From assembly GCA_048885925.1 (NCBI GenBank), contig JBHLLG010000009.1:16051-80050 (forward strand): a stretch of 64,000 nucleotides of DNA. The letters are read 5' to 3'. How positions within the stretch are numbered: position 1 is the first letter of the stretch; every line of letters starts with the position of its first letter. Positions 59,064 to 64,000 of the stretch are shown one piece after another. The stretch comes from Candidatus Hermodarchaeota archaeon (GTDB taxonomy: Archaea; Asgardarchaeota; Lokiarchaeia; Sigyniarchaeales; SOKP01). The translations under genes and the position numbers were made by a program. A model generated the notes under the pieces. The model was not told where the DNA came from, searched no databases, and saw only the letters and a list, made by a program, of their open reading frames with translations.

Positions 59064-59930
59064 ATGGAAAAAAATCTTGATGATGATCTTAAAGAAGAAT
59101 CAGAAGAAGATTCTGAAGAAGCTTTTAATGAATTTTCTAAAAATCTTCAAGAAGAAGAAAAAGAATTTCTAGATATTAAAGAAAGTAATCAAGAAATTGA
59201 AGAATCCCCCATAAGTAAAATTGATGAGGGTGAAATTGTAACGGAAAGTGAAGAACTTAAGATAATCAGTTTAGATAATAACGTTGAAGAACAATCTTTA
59301 GAGCATGAGATAGTTAAAGAAGTTCCGTTAGAATTAGATATAAAAGACTTTCATAGAAATTTAATTGAAGCTGCTCTCTATGCGGCGGGAGGTCCTTTAA
59401 CAATTGAGGAACTATCAACTAAATTAGAACTTCCTAAGAAAGAAGTGGAAATTTTAGTAAATGAATTAGCTTTTGATTACTTAGAGCGCGTTACAGCTCT
59501 AATTATAGCACAAATTGGAGATAGATACCAAATGCAGATTAGACCAGAATATACTGAAAAAGTTTCAAAGTTTGCTAAAGGAGGAGCCATAGCTGAACGT
59601 TATCTTAGAACTTTAACTGTAATAGCTTTAAAACAGCCAATTTTGAAGTCAACAGTTATCAAATTACGAGGAACTGGTGCATATGAACATATAAAATATC
59701 TTCTAGACAATGAATTTATCAATGCTGTTAAAAAAGGAAGATCTCATGAGTTAACCACCACAGATAAATACGCAGATATGTTTGGTTTACCAAGAGATAT
59801 CAGACAAATGAAATATGTTATGATTACTCAATTGGGAATCGAACAGGTAATGAGAAATGGTAGTTCGGATGATGTTGAACAAGGAGATCAAAATAAACCT
59901 TTAAGTGATGATGATATAGGAGAAGAATAG
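59064..59930 (+). CDS. scpB: SMC-Scp complex subunit ScpB
   Basis: IEAALYAAG.PL, LRTL.VIA.KQP.....I..RG......I..L....I...GR....TT..Y...FGL; acidic N-terminal extension. Confidence 0.93.
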   Translation: MEKNLDDDLKEESEEDSEEAFNEFSKNLQEEEKEFLDIKESNQEIEESPISKIDEGEIVTESEELKIISLDNNVEEQSLEHEIVKEVPLELDIKDFHRNLIEAALYAAGGPLTIEELSTKLELPKKEVEILVNELAFDYLERVTALIIAQIGDRYQMQIRPEYTEKVSKFAKGGAIAERYLRTLTVIALKQPILKSTVIKLRGTGAYEHIKYLLDNEFINAVKKGRSHELTTTDKYADMFGLPRDIRQMKYVMITQLGIEQVMRNGSSDDVEQGDQNKPLSDDDIGEE

Positions 59931-59938
59931 ATAAAAAT

Positions 59939-62551
59939 TCAAAAAGTTCCTTCCTTAAAAAAGTAAATTTTTATATTAAGATCTTCAAAACTTTCAATGG
60001 CATCTGGTTTTTCCTTAATAGATTTTTCTACTGATTTTTCAATTATCTCTAAATCATCTATTCTAATAGTATTTTTAATATCCTCTTTTAAATTCTTTAA
60101 AATTTTTAATTGAGCTTTATCTGATATTAAAATAATTCTCCAAATGTTTTGATTCAATGAAATCTGAAGTTTGGATTTTAGCATCCTTAAAAATTTTATA
60201 ATTTCGATACCTATTTTCCCAATTTCTGCTGACTCAATAGATATGTTTTTAAAATTCAAAGGCCATTTCTCTAAATGTATAGATTTATGATTAATAAATT
60301 TTTTAAAGAGAATAGAATATATTTCTTCCGAAATGTAAGGCATTATAACTGAAATTATAGTTAATAACTTATAAAAAAGATTTAATGCCGTTTTTAAGGA
60401 TTTTTCTCGGGTTTCTTGATCTTCAGAATAGAATCTATGTTTTATAGCTTCAACATAATTATCACATATATCATTCCAAAAAAAGGTACGAAGAATCATT
60501 GTAGCTTCATGCCAATTATATCCATCAAAAAATCCCGTTATTGAATTCAAATTTTTATTAAATTCTGAAAAGTAATAACAATCAATCGCCGATAATTCCT
60601 CAATATTAATTTTAATATCATTAATATTTATCTTCTCTAAATTTAAATATAAAAATCTATATGCATTCCAAATCTTTGTTAAAAATCTTGAGGCTCCTAT
60701 TAATTGTTCGAACTTTCTGCGATATTTTTTATTAAATTTATCTACTGGAAGTTTTTGGCCTTCTGCCAATATAAATTCATTCGAAACTGGTTGATTTGTT
60801 TGTAAGTTTATCCACGTAAATTCAAAAGGATAATCATCTCCTAAAGAACCCATTGCTGTCCAATATCTTATTGCATCAGTACCAAATTCTGGCATTACTT
60901 CTTCTGGAGCGATATAGTTTCCAAGGCTTTTTGACATATGTCTTCCATCAGGACCAGCAACCATTCCATTTATCATTGCTTCATAAAAAGGGGCTTTACC
61001 TGTTAAAATCTTGCATCGAAATAAAGTATAAAATAGCCAAGTACGAATAATTTCGTAACCTTGTGATCGATGAACTTTAGCATCAATATAAGCCCTTTTA
61101 AAGAATTCATTATCTTCATTCCATTTTGAGATTTCTAAGGGTGTAATACTTGAGTCAATCCAACAATCACAAACATCTTTTTCACCTACAATATTCTTAC
61201 TTTTGCATTTTGGACATTCCTTCAATGGAGATGAAACTTTCGTAGGATCTAATGGTAAATCTTCCCTATTTGGTGGAATTATTTCGTTACAATCCTTACA
61301 ATACCAAAATGGGATTGGAGTGCCCCAAAAACGCTGACGTGAAATTACCCAATTCCAATCTAAACCTTCTGTCCAATCTATTAGTCTTTGTTTTTGTTTT
61401 TCAGGATACCATTTCAATAATTCTCCAGATTCAATAATATCATCGGTAAAATCTTTAACATTAATAAACCACTGAAAAATAGGTAAGTATTCTATTGGTT
61501 TCCTACAAGATGAGCGTTCTGAGTGAATTATCAAATTATGTTCATAATCTTCGATTTTTTCAATTAATCCTATATCGTTTAGATCCTCAATTATTTGCTC
61601 TCGAGCTTCTAAGATAGTTAAACCTTGATATTTAGAATTTTCATTCATATGACCATCTTCAGTAAAAATTGTAATCTCGTCAAGATTATATTCAATTTTC
61701 CATTTGATATCCATCTCATCTCCATATGTGCAAACATAAACAACACCAGTACCAAAATTCGTATCAACTGTACTATCCATATAAACAGGAACAACTCGAT
61801 TAGTGAAAGGAATTTCTATTTCAGCAGCAGAAAGATCATAATAACGTTCATCATTTGGATTAATCATTACAGCAACACAAGCCTCCATATATTCAGGACG
61901 TGTTGTAGCTATAGTAACAAATTCATTTTCTCTATCTCTAATTGGTAATTTTATATACCATAACTTTCCTATCTCTTCTTGATATCCCACTTCAGCTTTT
62001 GCAACAGAAGTTTCACAATTAACACAAAAATGAATTGGGAACTTTTCTCTATAAAGTAATCCCTTTTCGTAAAAATCTAAAAGGGAAAGTTGAACTTTTC
62101 GTTTGTAATCATCATTCATCGTTCGATAAGTGTATTCCCAATCAGTGGAATAACCTAACTCATCCAATTGTCTCGTCATATTTTTGATATTCTTTTCTAC
62201 CCACTCTCTGCACTTCTCAATGAAATTTTCCCGATCACTTTTAGAGATCTGATAATTCCTTGTTACAGCTAACTCAACTGGTAATCCATGACAATCCCAT
62301 CCTTGAGGAAAGTACACATTTTCTCCTCTCATTCGACGGTATCTTGCAACAAAATCTATCCAAGCATAATTTAGATACTGTCCTATATGTAATACTCCAC
62401 TAACGAATGGAGGCGGTGTATCGATAGTAAAGATTTGATCTTTTTGTTCTTTATCAAAAGCATATATCTTATTTTCATTCCAGAATTTCATCCACTTCTC
62501 TTGAATTGCCTTAAAATTGAACCTTTTTGGATAAGTTATTCCTTGTACCAT
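59939..62551 (-). CDS. valS: valine--tRNA ligase
   Basis: DTPPP.VSG.LHIG, GWDCHGLP.E, IATTRPE, WVISRQR.WG.P.P, QGYEIIRTW, MSKSLGN. Confidence 0.95.
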   Translation of the reverse strand: MVQGITYPKRFNFKAIQEKWMKFWNENKIYAFDKEQKDQIFTIDTPPPFVSGVLHIGQYLNYAWIDFVARYRRMRGENVYFPQGWDCHGLPVELAVTRNYQISKSDRENFIEKCREWVEKNIKNMTRQLDELGYSTDWEYTYRTMNDDYKRKVQLSLLDFYEKGLLYREKFPIHFCVNCETSVAKAEVGYQEEIGKLWYIKLPIRDRENEFVTIATTRPEYMEACVAVMINPNDERYYDLSAAEIEIPFTNRVVPVYMDSTVDTNFGTGVVYVCTYGDEMDIKWKIEYNLDEITIFTEDGHMNENSKYQGLTILEAREQIIEDLNDIGLIEKIEDYEHNLIIHSERSSCRKPIEYLPIFQWFINVKDFTDDIIESGELLKWYPEKQKQRLIDWTEGLDWNWVISRQRFWGTPIPFWYCKDCNEIIPPNREDLPLDPTKVSSPLKECPKCKSKNIVGEKDVCDCWIDSSITPLEISKWNEDNEFFKRAYIDAKVHRSQGYEIIRTWLFYTLFRCKILTGKAPFYEAMINGMVAGPDGRHMSKSLGNYIAPEEVMPEFGTDAIRYWTAMGSLGDDYPFEFTWINLQTNQPVSNEFILAEGQKLPVDKFNKKYRRKFEQLIGASRFLTKIWNAYRFLYLNLEKININDIKINIEELSAIDCYYFSEFNKNLNSITGFFDGYNWHEATMILRTFFWNDICDNYVEAIKHRFYSEDQETREKSLKTALNLFYKLLTIISVIMPYISEEIYSILFKKFINHKSIHLEKWPLNFKNISIESAEIGKIGIEIIKFLRMLKSKLQISLNQNIWRIILISDKAQLKILKNLKEDIKNTIRIDDLEIIEKSVEKSIKEKPDAIESFEDLNIKIYFFKEGTF

Positions 62552-62583
62552 TAAAAATCCTCTTTATACGTGTAATGATTAAA

Positions 62584-62655
62584 TGGACCTGACGGGAATT
62601 GAACCCGTGACCTCTTGAATGCGAATCAAGCGATCTTCCACTGATCTACAGGCCC
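62584..62655 (-). tRNA. tRNA-Ala(CGC)
   Basis: Reverse strand GGGCCTG/CAGGTCC with G3:U70; anticodon arm CTTGA-TTCGCAT-TCAAG. Confidence 0.96.
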
Positions 62656-62740
62656 AGCATTTATTATGATCTATTTGTATTTTTAAAATCAGAATAACTA
62701 AAATCTTTTATTGTTTTTCTTAGTTATTTTAAAAAGGAGA

Positions 62741-64000
62741 TTAATATTGAGTTCTCTCGATTATATCATTTTGTGCGGCTGTTGTGAGTTCCGTAAACAA
62801 AACTGAATATCCAGCAATCCTTACTACTAAACCGCGATAATTTTCAGGATGTTCTTGCGCTTTACATAATGTATCTTTGCCAACAACATTAAATTGGATA
62901 TGATATCCTCCATTAGGCTTAAAATACGATTTAATCAATGGAATAAAAATATCTTGTTTGAGATTATTTGGATGAAAATCAAGGATTAATGAAGTTCCAT
63001 TAGTAATAAGTTCAGTATTCAATTTTTTAACCGAATTAAGTATTGCAGTTGGACCATTTTTATCTCTTCCGTTAGTAGGTCCTACACCATTTGAAAGAGG
63101 ATCCCTAGATTTTCGCCCATCTGCAGACGCTGCTGTAAAAGTTCCAAATGCTATATGAAAAGAAGTTGAATATACTCCTGGATTAAATTTACCGGCACGA
63201 TAATTTTCATATTTAGAAATCTCATTGCAATATTCTCTAACAATATCTACAGCAATCTGATCTACGTAATCATTATCATTCCCAAATTTAGGAGCTTTAT
63301 TTATAAAAAGTTCTCTCCACTCAGATCCTTTTTTTCCTTGATAAGATCCTCGATAATTTTTCATAAGTATTGTTTTCATCTCTTCAAATGAGAGAAGATT
63401 ATCTTCAAAAACTAATTTTTTAATTACCGCTAGACTATCAGCAACAGTTGCTAAACCAATTAACTGGGGGCCTGTAAAATTATAAATAGCACCGCCTTTA
63501 GTTACATCTAAACCACGTTCAATGCAATTATCGATCGTAGATGATAAATAGGGTTGTGGATTAATTTCGGCAATAGTTTTATCAAGTGTATTCATCGTTA
63601 ATATCATATTTTTTATGAGAAATTTCATCTGTAATAGAAATGAATTCCAAAGATCTTGATAGGATTTAATTTCTTTACCCATTTTTATCCCAATTTCTCT
63701 TCTGAAAAACATATCGCTTCCATTTGTTAAAGCTAATTCTAAACATTTAAGAATATTAAGTTGACATGCATTTGTCGAGCCAAATGATTTAGTTGGGTGT
63801 TGAGGTTCTACACATCCTATTGGTGCATACTCTCTAGCATCCTCGAGGGTAAAACCACGATTCACAAGCCCCTGAATCATTACACCATCATTAAATAAAG
63901 CGATACTGGTGCCCATTTTAACGGATTTTGCAATTTTAATTAAAAAATCTTTTGGAGTGTTTTTATGAATTCTTATTGAAAATGTAGGTTGAACTGTTTG
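62741..64000 (-). CDS. glycyl radical enzyme, PFL2/PflD-like (5' end outside window)
   Basis: GCVEP Cys loop, PKFGND, GPTA.L.S, HIQFNV, LVVRIAGY; frame open to the window edge. Confidence 0.92.
   Translation of the reverse strand, partial: QTVQPTFSIRIHKNTPKDFLIKIAKSVKMGTSIALFNDGVMIQGLVNRGFTLEDAREYAPIGCVEPQHPTKSFGSTNACQLNILKCLELALTNGSDMFFRREIGIKMGKEIKSYQDLWNSFLLQMKFLIKNMILTMNTLDKTIAEINPQPYLSSTIDNCIERGLDVTKGGAIYNFTGPQLIGLATVADSLAVIKKLVFEDNLLSFEEMKTILMKNYRGSYQGKKGSEWRELFINKAPKFGNDNDYVDQIAVDIVREYCNEISKYENYRAGKFNPGVYSTSFHIAFGTFTAASADGRKSRDPLSNGVGPTNGRDKNGPTAILNSVKKLNTELITNGTSLILDFHPNNLKQDIFIPLIKSYFKPNGGYHIQFNVVGKDTLCKAQEHPENYRGLVVRIAGYSVLFTELTTAAQNDIIERTQY

Noticed and set aside
53554-59930. Wadjet/MksBEFG defence system or Rad50/SbcC
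   Set aside because: No JetD or Mre11 neighbour and no zinc hook; head motifs and ScpA/ScpB are condensin type.
1548-61948. Short ORF-track entries inside or opposite larger genes (for example 1548-1799, 8753-8998, 23792-24169, 29223-29519, 53559-53918, 61625-61948)
   Set aside because: They are shadow frames of well-supported genes and show no motifs of their own.

Overview
A very AT-rich archaeal chromosomal window, most likely from an Asgard archaeon of the Lokiarchaeia type. This is inferred from archaeal translation genes (uL3-uL4-uL23, eL15, class I LysRS, ABCE1, TFB, Rpp30/Pop5, archaeosine TGT) together with Roadblock, longin/uDENN and small GTPase genes. It holds about 55 CDS, three intron-less tRNAs (Arg-TCT, Ile-GAT, Ala-CGC) and one well-formed box C/D guide RNA predicted to target the 23S P-loop G2251 equivalent. 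I saw no CRISPR array, integrase or transposase. Highlights: (1) an smc-scpA-scpB locus whose 1483-aa SMC has intact ATPase heads but no recognisable hinge or zinc hook. A duplicated 71-aa helical module sits at the apex instead, the arms show 97/98-aa and 90-aa periodic modules, the kleisin has an unannotated N-terminal HeH/SAP/Rho_N-like domain, and a degenerate Orc1/Cdc6 gene lies upstream. (2) A B12-radical SAM gene preceded by a 9-codon ORF with a very strong RBS and convergent with an MFS transporter. (3) A longin protein with a FLCN/SMCR8-like 'ARG' finger near a Rag-like GTPase and a Roadblock gene. (4) Three genes that appear to start at ATT or CTG. All calls come from reading motifs by eye; no searches were run.
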